Positions 24,974 to 33,493 of a DNA stretch of 64,000 nt are shown in pieces; positions within the stretch are counted from its first letter, which is position 1; each line of letters begins with the position of its first letter. The DNA lies in assembly GCA_037131105.1 (NCBI GenBank), contig JBAXRQ010000002.1, positions 94,100 to 158,099 on the forward strand, read 5' to 3'. Both the position numbers and the translations under genes were made by a program. Under the pieces are notes generated by a model. The model did not search any database, had not been told where the DNA came from, and worked only from the letters and a program-made list of their open reading frames with translations. Origin of the DNA: a bacterium. GTDB lineage: Bacteria; Patescibacteriota; UBA1384; CAILIB01.

Positions 24974-26764
24974 ATGAATCCCATCTACGTAGAAGTCAGC
25001 GACGAGATCACCACGGTCATTGAACGGATGTCGGGAAGCCCCGATCCGGTCATTGCCCTGGTCATTCCCCGTGGTGCCCTTCTATTGCAGAGCCTGGTAA
25101 ACCTGAAGCTGGCCAAGAAGACCGCTGCCGACGCCGGCAAACAGCTGGTACTAGTGACTACCGATAAGATAGGCAGAAATCTGGCTGCCCAGGTTGGCCT
25201 TTCGGTGGTCTCGCAGCTTGAAGATGCCGGTTCGTTGGAGAAGGCGGTTCCTGCTGATGAAGGCGTGAAGATGATCGACGGGGTAAAAGTACACCGTTAC
25301 TATGAGGAAGGCACGGGCGCACCTGAAGAAGCTGCTGAAGGCGTCGAAGCGTCTGGAGTAGTGGGAGCTACTGCCGCCGTAGAGCCTATCGTCCCCCGTG
25401 AGATCATGAAGGCCAAGAAGACTGAGGAAGCTCCGGAGGAGATCCGACCCATCACCACCCGCGAGGTCAAGACAGACCTGCCAGCTGCAGCAGAATCAGT
25501 AGACGCACCCATCGAGATCAAGCCCACTGCCGAGCCTACCATTGCCACTGCGGCGGTCGATATCACACCCGCAGTCAAAGACACACCTCCGACTGACGAC
25601 CCACTCTCTATGGCTTCAGCCTCCACTCCCCCCGCGGCAAGTCCTAGCAATCCCCGCAGGCGCAAGTTCATCCTGCTCGGCGTCTATGTGGTCATCCTAC
25701 TACTGCTGGCCGCTACCGGCGTCAGCGCTTTTTACCTACCAAAGACCGAGGTCGATATCATCGTTGACTCCCAGCCTTGGAAGAAGGATACCACTATCGC
25801 CGCTACTACCGGCAGCCCTACTCTACCTTCTGAACTCATTACCTCCCAGCTGGACGATACCCTTACCTTCTCTGCCACCGGAAGCGTTGAACTGGGCAAT
25901 AAAGCCCAGGGTACCGCCTCAGTCTCCAACCTTGACTCAAGTGATCCTAAGTTATTACCTGCCGGCAGTCAGATTCTCGCTAATGGCCTCACCTTCATTA
26001 CCCAGGAGAAGGTGACGGTGCCCGGAGCTAGTATCGTCAGCGGCACCCCCGTACCCGGAACAACCAACGTGCAAATCTCCGCCCAGGCCCCTGGTACAGC
26101 CAGCAATCTTTCCCAGACTCCCGCCACCGTCCCCGGCCAGAAGCTTTTTGCCCAAATCATCAGTACTACCGCTGGCACCAGCAAGGTAGCGGCCGTCGTT
26201 ACCGATACTGATATTGCCAATGCCAAGGCTGCCCTGATCAAGAAAGGCAAGGATGATGTTGGGGCCAAGCTGGTAGCATCGCTCAAAGACCGCGACGTAC
26301 TCTTTGATCCCGGCACCGACATCTTCAGCAATGACGCGTTCCACCCCTCTGTAGCTTCCGGCAGTCAGAACAGCTCAGGTACGGTTACTGCCACCTTCAC
26401 CTTAAAGCGACTGGTCGCCGACAAGGCCAAGGCTACGGCCGCCGCCAAAACGTCTCTCACTACCAGCTCCGACCCCAGCCTCACCTATGTCACTGAAAAG
26501 GTCGACTTTACCAAGACGGTAGTCGATATGGCCGGCAGCACGGTCACCCTTTCAGCCACCGGACAGGGGCGCTTCTCAGCTACGATAGATCCTGCTCCCA
26601 TCCGTAGTCAGCTAGTAGGCAAGAGCCGCAGTGCCGGTGAAGCCCTTCTGAAGACTTCTGTCAAAAACGGACAAGTGGTCATCAAGCAGCAGCCCAGCTG
26701 GTGGCCCATCCACAACTTCCCTTATTCGGGCAAGTATCTGACTGTCCTCGTAAAATATGAATAG
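24974..26764 (+). CDS. Bitopic protein: cytoplasmic alpha/beta domain, disordered linker, TM, baseplate-J/gp47-like extracellular region
   Basis: IYVEVSDEITTVI...QSLVNLKL N-domain; KAQGTASVSN...LPAGS...F.T...VTVPG...A..PG..SN...GT pattern typical of baseplate-J-like proteins. Confidence 0.65.
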   Translation: MNPIYVEVSDEITTVIERMSGSPDPVIALVIPRGALLLQSLVNLKLAKKTAADAGKQLVLVTTDKIGRNLAAQVGLSVVSQLEDAGSLEKAVPADEGVKMIDGVKVHRYYEEGTGAPEEAAEGVEASGVVGATAAVEPIVPREIMKAKKTEEAPEEIRPITTREVKTDLPAAAESVDAPIEIKPTAEPTIATAAVDITPAVKDTPPTDDPLSMASASTPPAASPSNPRRRKFILLGVYVVILLLLAATGVSAFYLPKTEVDIIVDSQPWKKDTTIAATTGSPTLPSELITSQLDDTLTFSATGSVELGNKAQGTASVSNLDSSDPKLLPAGSQILANGLTFITQEKVTVPGASIVSGTPVPGTTNVQISAQAPGTASNLSQTPATVPGQKLFAQIISTTAGTSKVAAVVTDTDIANAKAALIKKGKDDVGAKLVASLKDRDVLFDPGTDIFSNDAFHPSVASGSQNSSGTVTATFTLKRLVADKAKATAAAKTSLTTSSDPSLTYVTEKVDFTKTVVDMAGSTVTLSATGQGRFSATIDPAPIRSQLVGKSRSAGEALLKTSVKNGQVVIKQQPSWWPIHNFPYSGKYLTVLVKYE

Positions 26765-26915
26765 AGTTCATAGCCTAACTATTACAGTAAGTGAAATCAT
26801 CACTCTACCAGCTGCAAACAGTTCACGGTTCGTCGTCGTATATCCAATACACCTCCTCACCCCTTACTGTTTTCGCTGTGTATAGTGACTATTTCATTCT
26901 TGTAACAGCTAGGCG

Positions 26916-27326
26916 ATGAACTCTCGCCCCATTCTGGGGCTTGATATTGGCTTCAAACGGACAGGGGTGGCCGTCTCTGAAAGCGGCCTGATCGCCCAGC
27001 CGCTGGGAGTCCTCGAGGCTGACATGCCCCACATGACCAAGGTCCTGCACGGGATCGTCGCGTACGTAGATGAGTACTCTGTCGGCACTATAGTTGTTGG
27101 CCTCCCCTACACCGAAGACGGTGAACCGACCAGTCAGTCCCTCAGGGTGGAGGGTGTACTTGAGTCCCTCCGTGCACTCCTAGCCGACCGGCAGCCCCCT
27201 GTCGAAATCGTTACCGTAAATGAGTTCTACTCAAGCCAGGAAGCCGACGAGATGTACCCCAACGTAGAACGCGATGCGGCGGCGGCGGCCATTATTCTCC
27301 AGCACTACTTAGACCAAATCACCTGA
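26916..27326 (+). CDS. ruvX: YqgF/RuvX family nuclease
   Basis: ILGLDIGFKRTGVAVSE, IVVGLP, NEFYSS, DAAAAAIILQ. Confidence 0.9.
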   Translation: MNSRPILGLDIGFKRTGVAVSESGLIAQPLGVLEADMPHMTKVLHGIVAYVDEYSVGTIVVGLPYTEDGEPTSQSLRVEGVLESLRALLADRQPPVEIVTVNEFYSSQEADEMYPNVERDAAAAAIILQHYLDQIT

Positions 27327-28108
27327 TGTTTTCCTCCCTCTTCCATAAACTGGTCTTTTCCTTCCTGGTGGTCCTCGTCATCGGCAGCGGTGCCGCGTAT
27401 TTCGGTGTAAAACACCTACAGAAGATTCGTGACGAACGTGATACAGCTGCACTTAACGAAAAGAAGCGAGACATTAGTATTACCGTTATCGAGGGCAAGC
27501 GCCGGGAAGAAGTGGCTACCCTCATGCAGGAGAAGGGCATCTGTACGGCCGCCGACTTCCTTACCGCCAGCGAAGGCATGGAGGGCACCCTGTTCCCTGA
27601 TACCTACCGGTTCTTTGCAAATACCACCGCCAAGGACGTCGTAGCCGAGATGACCGCCGACTACACGAAGCGTACCGCCGATCTCAATCCCACCCCCGAC
27701 CAGCTGATCATTGCCTCCATTGTCGAACGCGAGGCGTTGCGGGATGCGGACCGGGCCGCCATAGCTAGCATTTACCTGAACCGGCTGAAGATCGGTATGA
27801 AGCTTGAGGCCGACCCCAGTGTGCAATATGCCAAGGATAGCCAGGCCTTTGTAGCACAAGGCAACCCGGTAAGCTACAAGTTCTGGGTACCCATTATCCA
27901 GGCTGATTATCAGTCGGTGCAGTCTCCTTACAACCTTTACACCGTCACCGGCCTACCTCCCGGCCCTATCGACAGCCCCGGCCTTGAAAGTATCAAAGCT
28001 GCCGTCAATCCGACCAAGACAAACTATTACTTCCTTTACTACGGCAAGGACGGCACCTTCCTACCTGCCAAGACCTACGACGAGCACCTCAGAAACCTGA
28101 GCAAATAG
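27326..28108 (+). CDS. mltG: Endolytic transglycosylase MltG
   Basis: EGTLFPDTY, IASIVERE, NRLKIGMKLEADP, SPYNLY...GLPPGPI. Confidence 0.93.
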   Translation: MFSSLFHKLVFSFLVVLVIGSGAAYFGVKHLQKIRDERDTAALNEKKRDISITVIEGKRREEVATLMQEKGICTAADFLTASEGMEGTLFPDTYRFFANTTAKDVVAEMTADYTKRTADLNPTPDQLIIASIVEREALRDADRAAIASIYLNRLKIGMKLEADPSVQYAKDSQAFVAQGNPVSYKFWVPIIQADYQSVQSPYNLYTVTGLPPGPIDSPGLESIKAAVNPTKTNYYFLYYGKDGTFLPAKTYDEHLRNLSK

Positions 28109-28195
28109 AAATCTCTCCTTCCTAGCCCATAGCCGCGACTAGCTAAATCTGCTACTCTGATAGGTGCATACAAACACTATTTTGATCGTCCTTCC

Positions 28196-29248
28196 ATGCG
28201 TTTTCGCGCCCTCGACTTCCTCCTCGGCAACATCTCCCACGACATCGGCATCGACCTGGGCACCGCCTATTGTCTGGTCTATGTGCGTGGCCAGGGCGTG
28301 GTCATCAACGAGCCCAGCGTGGTAGCCATCAACAAGAAGACCAAGCAGATCCTGGCCATCGGCGACGAGGCCAAGAAGATGGTAGGCCGCACTCCCGCCC
28401 ACATCGTCGCCATCCGTCCGCTGGTGGACGGCGTCGTCTCCGACTTCGAGGTCACCGAGGCCATGCTCAAATACTTCATTGAAAAGGTGGAGAAAGCCAA
28501 GTTCTCCTTAGTACCTCGTCCGCGCCTACTGGTAGGTATTCCCTACGGCGTCACTGAGGTAGAGCGCCGCGCCGTGGAAGAGGCTGGCTTGAACGCCGGC
28601 GCCCGCCAGGTATTCCTTATCGAGGAGCCCATGGCTGCCGCCATCGGGGCCAATCTTCCTGTCCAGGAAGCCACCGGAAACCTCATAGTAGACATCGGCG
28701 GCGGCACCACTGAGGTAGCCGTCATCAGCCTGGGAGGCATCGTCACCTCCCGGTCGCTTCGTATCGCCGGAGATGAGCTGAACGACGACATCATCTCCTT
28801 CGCCCGCGACCAGTACAATCTGTTGCTCGGTGAGCGCACGGCAGAGGACCTTAAGATCGCCATCGGCAGCGCTTTCCCGTTGACCGAGAAAATGACCGCC
28901 CCCATGCGTGGCCGAGACCTGATTACCGGCCTCCCCAAGGAGATCATCGTCACCGACGAGGAAATCCGCAAAGCTCTTTCTAAGTCAGTTACTGCTATCG
29001 TGGACGCGGTGAAGCTCACCGTCGAAGAGACTCCGCCAGAGCTGCTGGCCGATGTTATGGACCGCGGAGTCATACTGGCCGGCGGCGGCGCTCTACTGCG
29101 CGGCCTTGATAAGCTACTTCAACAGGTCACTGGTATGCCGGTATACCTAGCTGAAGACCCGCTCAGCTGCGTGGTGCGCGGCACCGGCGCCGTCCTTGAG
29201 AACCTCGACCACCTCCAGGCCCTCCTGCTTCCGGCCGTCTACCGCTAA
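28196..29248 (+). CDS. mreB: Rod shape-determining protein MreB
   Basis: IGIDLGT, EEPMAAAIG, DIGGGTTEV. Confidence 0.97.
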   Translation: MRFRALDFLLGNISHDIGIDLGTAYCLVYVRGQGVVINEPSVVAINKKTKQILAIGDEAKKMVGRTPAHIVAIRPLVDGVVSDFEVTEAMLKYFIEKVEKAKFSLVPRPRLLVGIPYGVTEVERRAVEEAGLNAGARQVFLIEEPMAAAIGANLPVQEATGNLIVDIGGGTTEVAVISLGGIVTSRSLRIAGDELNDDIISFARDQYNLLLGERTAEDLKIAIGSAFPLTEKMTAPMRGRDLITGLPKEIIVTDEEIRKALSKSVTAIVDAVKLTVEETPPELLADVMDRGVILAGGGALLRGLDKLLQQVTGMPVYLAEDPLSCVVRGTGAVLENLDHLQALLLPAVYR

Positions 29249-29260
29249 ACCACCCCCTCT

Positions 29261-30043
29261 ATGCTCAAGCGCCTCGGCGTCTTCTTCGGCATCCTCATCC
29301 TCCTGTTCATCATACCGATCTCATGGACGGCCCCTTTGCGTGATATCACCGTCCAAGCAGTGAAGCCTCTGGGCTCTGCTCTCATCCGCCAGAACACCTC
29401 GTTCTTCAATACCATACAGAGCCTGCGCCAGATCGGTACCCTGCGCGACCAAAACCTGAAACTTGAGCAGCAGGTGGTAACCCTGCAGCAGACCCTGGCT
29501 GACAAGCAGACGGTAGAGCGAGAAAATGACGCCCTGCGCAAAGAAGTCGGAGTTACCGGCGTCACCCAGACTACTGAAAAAGCCCTGGCCCATATCGTAC
29601 TGATAAGTGACAACCCTCTTGATCGCACAGTGACCGTCGACATCGGTAGCGCCGAAGGCATAAAACCAGACCAGCCGGCCGTGTCCCAAGGCGCCTTGGT
29701 TGGAAAGGTGGTAAGCGTCAGGCAGCATTCAGCCGTCATCAGGCTCATTACCTCGAACCAGTCCCGTATCCAGGTATGGCTCTCTAACAACAGGGAAAAA
29801 GGCCTCCTGGTTGGCGACGGAAACAGCGTGCTGCTGACCAACATCACCCAGGGGGTAGAGGTAAAGAATGACTCCATAGTAGAGACCAGCGGCCTGGGCG
29901 GATCCGTCCCCCAGGGCATCCTAGTTGGTGAGACTACCGGACTAGCCTCCAAAAAAAGTGACCTCAGCCAGAGCTTCAAGGTGAAGCCGGCCCAAGACCC
30001 CTTCGGCATCGAGTCGGTATTCATACTCCTAACCTCAGGATGA
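29261..30043 (+). CDS. mreC: Rod shape-determining protein MreC
   Basis: TM, coiled coil ENDALR, DIGSAEGI, GALVGKV, TSGLGG.VPQGI. Confidence 0.92.
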   Translation: MLKRLGVFFGILILLFIIPISWTAPLRDITVQAVKPLGSALIRQNTSFFNTIQSLRQIGTLRDQNLKLEQQVVTLQQTLADKQTVERENDALRKEVGVTGVTQTTEKALAHIVLISDNPLDRTVTVDIGSAEGIKPDQPAVSQGALVGKVVSVRQHSAVIRLITSNQSRIQVWLSNNREKGLLVGDGNSVLLTNITQGVEVKNDSIVETSGLGGSVPQGILVGETTGLASKKSDLSQSFKVKPAQDPFGIESVFILLTSG

Positions 30044-30501
30044 TGGGACGCCTCCTCCTAGCCCTACTCGGCTTTCTCGCCGTCATCTTCTCCTTGACCC
30101 TACTGGCCAGCACCTCCTTTCAAGTAGTCGCAACTCTTTATGCCCTCGCTTTACTCACCCTCTTCTTCAGAAACAATCCCGCCGAAGGCTACTGGCTCCT
30201 TGGGGGCATCACCGTGGGACTTGAGCTACTTGGCACCAGCCACCCCGGAGAAGCTTCCTTGGTGAGCCTTATCGTAGTCGGCAGCCATCTCCTTTTTGGA
30301 GAACAGCTGCGTTTTACAGCACCCCTAGTCCGTTTTGTGGCCGCCCTGCTGGTGGTCTTTATCTCATACGATCTTATTATCCTTTCCTGGCGGCACGCCA
30401 TCGGTTATCTCTTCCCCCTCTTCATTACCTATCTGCTTATCTGTCTCGGCACCTGGCTGCTTACCACCTTCCGCCATACCCCCCACCATGAGTTCATTTG
30501 A
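30040..30501 (+). CDS. mreD: MreD-like membrane protein
   Basis: 5-TM hydrophobic ORF between mreC and PBP2 (positional). Confidence 0.6.
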   Translation: MMGRLLLALLGFLAVIFSLTLLASTSFQVVATLYALALLTLFFRNNPAEGYWLLGGITVGLELLGTSHPGEASLVSLIVVGSHLLFGEQLRFTAPLVRFVAALLVVFISYDLIILSWRHAIGYLFPLFITYLLICLGTWLLTTFRHTPHHEFI

Positions 30502-32563
30502 CCTGTTCGGCAATCCGAGCCAGGAGCGCAAGATGGAGGAAGACACCTTCTACGACTCTCGTGATTACCGCTTGCCCCCGGAAGAGCTGGAGCATGGGGT
30601 CGAGGAAGACCAGCGCCCGGTACCTGCTCTCAACGGGCTACGCGTAGCCTTCGTCCTTTGCATCACCATGCTCGGTGTCCAGTGTTTTCGTCTTCAGGTA
30701 AGCCAAGGCGCCCAGAACCGAGCCCAGGCTGAGAGCAACAGCATCAAGCTGATCAATGTACCTGCTGACCGCGGTCTCATTGAGGATAGCAAGGGCACTA
30801 TCATTGCCCAAAATACCCGCCAGCTGGCTCTGGCCATAAATCCACAGACCCTACCTGCCAAAAAAACTGACCGCCAGACTGTCTACGACCTGTTACAGAA
30901 AAAAGCCGGCATCGACAGCCAAACCATTGCCATTATTGAGGACACCACCCACCCCACCGACCCCAGCGCTTTCCGTAGCCCTGATATTTTCACTATCAAA
31001 AGTAGTCTGACCAAGGACGAAAGTCTCCTTTACCAGGAATGGTTCGCCGCTACGCCCGGAGTACTTATCCAGGAGGCGCCCATTCGTCAGTACACTTCAT
31101 TCACTTCCATGGGCCACCTACTCGGCTACGTTGGGCAAGCCACTGAGAATGACATTAAGAGCAATGGGGCTATCCGCGGCCAGATTCTTGGCAAGGGAGG
31201 CCTCGAGGAGCAGTACAATGACCTACTAGGCGGCATTCCCGGCAAACAGAAGGCAGAGGTGGACGCAGCAGGAAACATCGTAAGAACTCTTTCGGGTGGC
31301 ACCGTGGTGCAGCCAGGCACGACCCTCCGTATTAGCCTGGACACCAATCTCCAGAAGATTGTGGCGGCCTCCCTCCAGAATGCCATCGAGCTCCGCTCCA
31401 AGACCTTCGGTGATGCCACCAAGAAGCTCGGTGCTTCGGCGGTCATCCTCAACCCTAGCAACGGCGCCATCCTGGCCATGGTTTCATTGCCAGATTATGA
31501 CGGCAACCTATTCGCCAACGGCATTAGCCAGGCCAATTATAAGAAGTTGCTAGACGATCCTGCCGATCCACTGCTGAACCGGGCCATCCAAGGACTCTAC
31601 CCCTCTGGCTCAGTCATCAAGCCCATCATCGCCGCTGGTGCCCTCCAGGATGGCATAGTCACCGCCAACCGCACCCTCGACACCTCGTCTCCGGTAAAGA
31701 TTGGTGGCTTCACCTTCCCTGACTGGAAGACCCATGGCACCAGTGACATCCGCAAGGCCATCGCCCAGTCTAATGACATCTTTTTCTACGCCATCGGCGG
31801 CGGACTGCCCAGCCAAGGGGTAAAGGGGTTAGGGATCGACGCCTTGAATAAGGTCCTGAACGGCTTCGGCTTCGGCACACCTACCGGCATCGATCTGCCT
31901 GGAGAAGAAGCAGGACTTACTCCCGGACCCGATTGGAAGGAGCAGAACATCAAGGAAGACTGGTATATCGGCGACACCTACCATCAGTCCATCGGCCAGG
32001 GGTATTTCCTGACCACTCCGCTCCAGATCGCTGCCGCCACTGCTGCCATCGCAAATGGTGGCACCCTGTATCAGCCCCAGTTGGGCTGGTCTACGGTGGA
32101 CCCAATCACAGGAAAGGAACGTCTAATGCCTCACAAGGTCCTTAACTCAAACTGGATCAGCGCCGCCAATATCCGTTCAGTCCAAGAGGGCATGGAAATG
32201 ACCACCCAACCAGGAGGAACCGCTCAGCTACTCGGTAAACTAACTGTCGTGACGGCTGGTAAAACAGGAACGGCTGAATTTGGCACCGACGGCCTCACCC
32301 ATTCCTGGTATTCTGGGTATGCGCCGGCCAAGGACCCTAAGTACGTCATTGCCATTCTTATAGAAGGTGACGGAAATGTGACCGAGGCCACTGAGAGTTC
32401 CGAGCCTGTAGCCGAGGAGATACTACGCGGCATCTTCAACCAACCCCTGGAACCTGGCCAGCCGCTCTTTACCCAGGCCCTCTTGCCTGGCGGGACCAAA
32501 ACCACGACGCCCGAGGCTACGCCCACGCCCAGTCCGACACCCACACCGACTCCAGCCCCTTAA
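30488..32563 (+). CDS. mrdA: Penicillin-binding protein 2
   Basis: ADRGLI, GSVIK (SxxK), SND (SxD), KTGTAE; start ATG 30488. Confidence 0.93.
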   Translation: MSSFDLFGNPSQERKMEEDTFYDSRDYRLPPEELEHGVEEDQRPVPALNGLRVAFVLCITMLGVQCFRLQVSQGAQNRAQAESNSIKLINVPADRGLIEDSKGTIIAQNTRQLALAINPQTLPAKKTDRQTVYDLLQKKAGIDSQTIAIIEDTTHPTDPSAFRSPDIFTIKSSLTKDESLLYQEWFAATPGVLIQEAPIRQYTSFTSMGHLLGYVGQATENDIKSNGAIRGQILGKGGLEEQYNDLLGGIPGKQKAEVDAAGNIVRTLSGGTVVQPGTTLRISLDTNLQKIVAASLQNAIELRSKTFGDATKKLGASAVILNPSNGAILAMVSLPDYDGNLFANGISQANYKKLLDDPADPLLNRAIQGLYPSGSVIKPIIAAGALQDGIVTANRTLDTSSPVKIGGFTFPDWKTHGTSDIRKAIAQSNDIFFYAIGGGLPSQGVKGLGIDALNKVLNGFGFGTPTGIDLPGEEAGLTPGPDWKEQNIKEDWYIGDTYHQSIGQGYFLTTPLQIAAATAAIANGGTLYQPQLGWSTVDPITGKERLMPHKVLNSNWISAANIRSVQEGMEMTTQPGGTAQLLGKLTVVTAGKTGTAEFGTDGLTHSWYSGYAPAKDPKYVIAILIEGDGNVTEATESSEPVAEEILRGIFNQPLEPGQPLFTQALLPGGTKTTTPEATPTPSPTPTPTPAP

Positions 32564-32573
32564 TCTTCAAACC

Positions 32574-32861
32574 GTGCCCTGGAAAAAGACCTCTCAGCTG
32601 ATTAGCAAGAACATGTACCGCAACGGGCTTGGTCCTATTCTAATCGCCGGACAGGTATGCCGCGAGGCCGAACGCCTCTACCCCGGCCTCTACAAAGCAG
32701 TTTCCCTGAAAGATGGCTGCCTAAACCTGGAAATCCAACGTACAGACAGACTCAAACTGGTCATGATCCAAGGCAAGCTTATCGAGGATCTCAAGGCCTA
32801 TTCCACCGCCCAAAATCTCCCTCCCATCGACCGGATACGATTGACATTTTACTCAGAATAA
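32574..32861 (+). CDS. Small protein, possible DciA/DUF721 family
   Basis: AVSLKDGCLNLEI...KLIEDL...IDRIRL resembles the DUF721 KH-like pattern. Confidence 0.5.
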   Translation: MPWKKTSQLISKNMYRNGLGPILIAGQVCREAERLYPGLYKAVSLKDGCLNLEIQRTDRLKLVMIQGKLIEDLKAYSTAQNLPPIDRIRLTFYSE

Positions 32862-32920
32862 GGTATACTCGTGATGTACAAGTTTGCGCTCTCCTCGTTT
32901 CACCCTCCTTTCCGCTTCTG

Positions 32921-33493
32921 ATGGACTCCTCCACCCATAAGCTCTCCGACCTGGCAGACCAGGTCCGTACCTGCACTCTCTGTCGCCTTTGTGAAGGCCG
33001 CACCAATGCAGTCCCGGGGGAAGGAAATTTCTCCGCCGACGTGGTATTTATCGGCGAGGGACCAGGAAAAAATGAAGACGAGCAAGGCATCCCCTTCTGC
33101 GGAGCCTCAGGCAAGCTGCTTGACAGTCTTCTTGCCACCATCAATCTCTCCCGTCAGGACGTATTTATTACCAATGTCGTTAAGTGCCGCCCACCGGGCA
33201 ATCGCGACCCCCTTCCTGACGAGAAGCAGACCTGTGCTACCACCTACCTCAACCGACAGCTCGAATTGATCAACCCTAAGCTCATTGTCACCCTCGGTCG
33301 TCACGCCCTTGGCCATTTTATCCCGGACCTCAAGATCTCTCAGGTTCACGGTCAGCCCAAGCGCCATCACGGCCAAGTCTACCTAGCCCTCTACCACCCT
33401 GCAGTCGCCCTTTATAACGGCGGCATGCGTCAAACCCTCGAGGAGGATTTCCTCATTATTCCAAAAGTATTACGCACACTAGCATCCCAATAA
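32921..33493 (+). CDS. Uracil-DNA glycosylase family 4
   Basis: CTLCRLC, GEGPG..ED..G.PF, VKCRPPGNRDP, YHPA; promoter TTGACA-17-TATACT at 32841-32869. Confidence 0.93.
   Translation: MDSSTHKLSDLADQVRTCTLCRLCEGRTNAVPGEGNFSADVVFIGEGPGKNEDEQGIPFCGASGKLLDSLLATINLSRQDVFITNVVKCRPPGNRDPLPDEKQTCATTYLNRQLELINPKLIVTLGRHALGHFIPDLKISQVHGQPKRHHGQVYLALYHPAVALYNGGMRQTLEEDFLIIPKVLRTLASQ

Noticed and set aside
24974-26764. Prophage suggested by the baseplate-J-like protein
   Set aside because: It has a TM and cytoplasmic domain, and no other phage genes are present
32510-32560. Short tandem DNA repeats (also 1470-1560, 17030-17080)
   Set aside because: They encode ordinary Pro/Thr linkers
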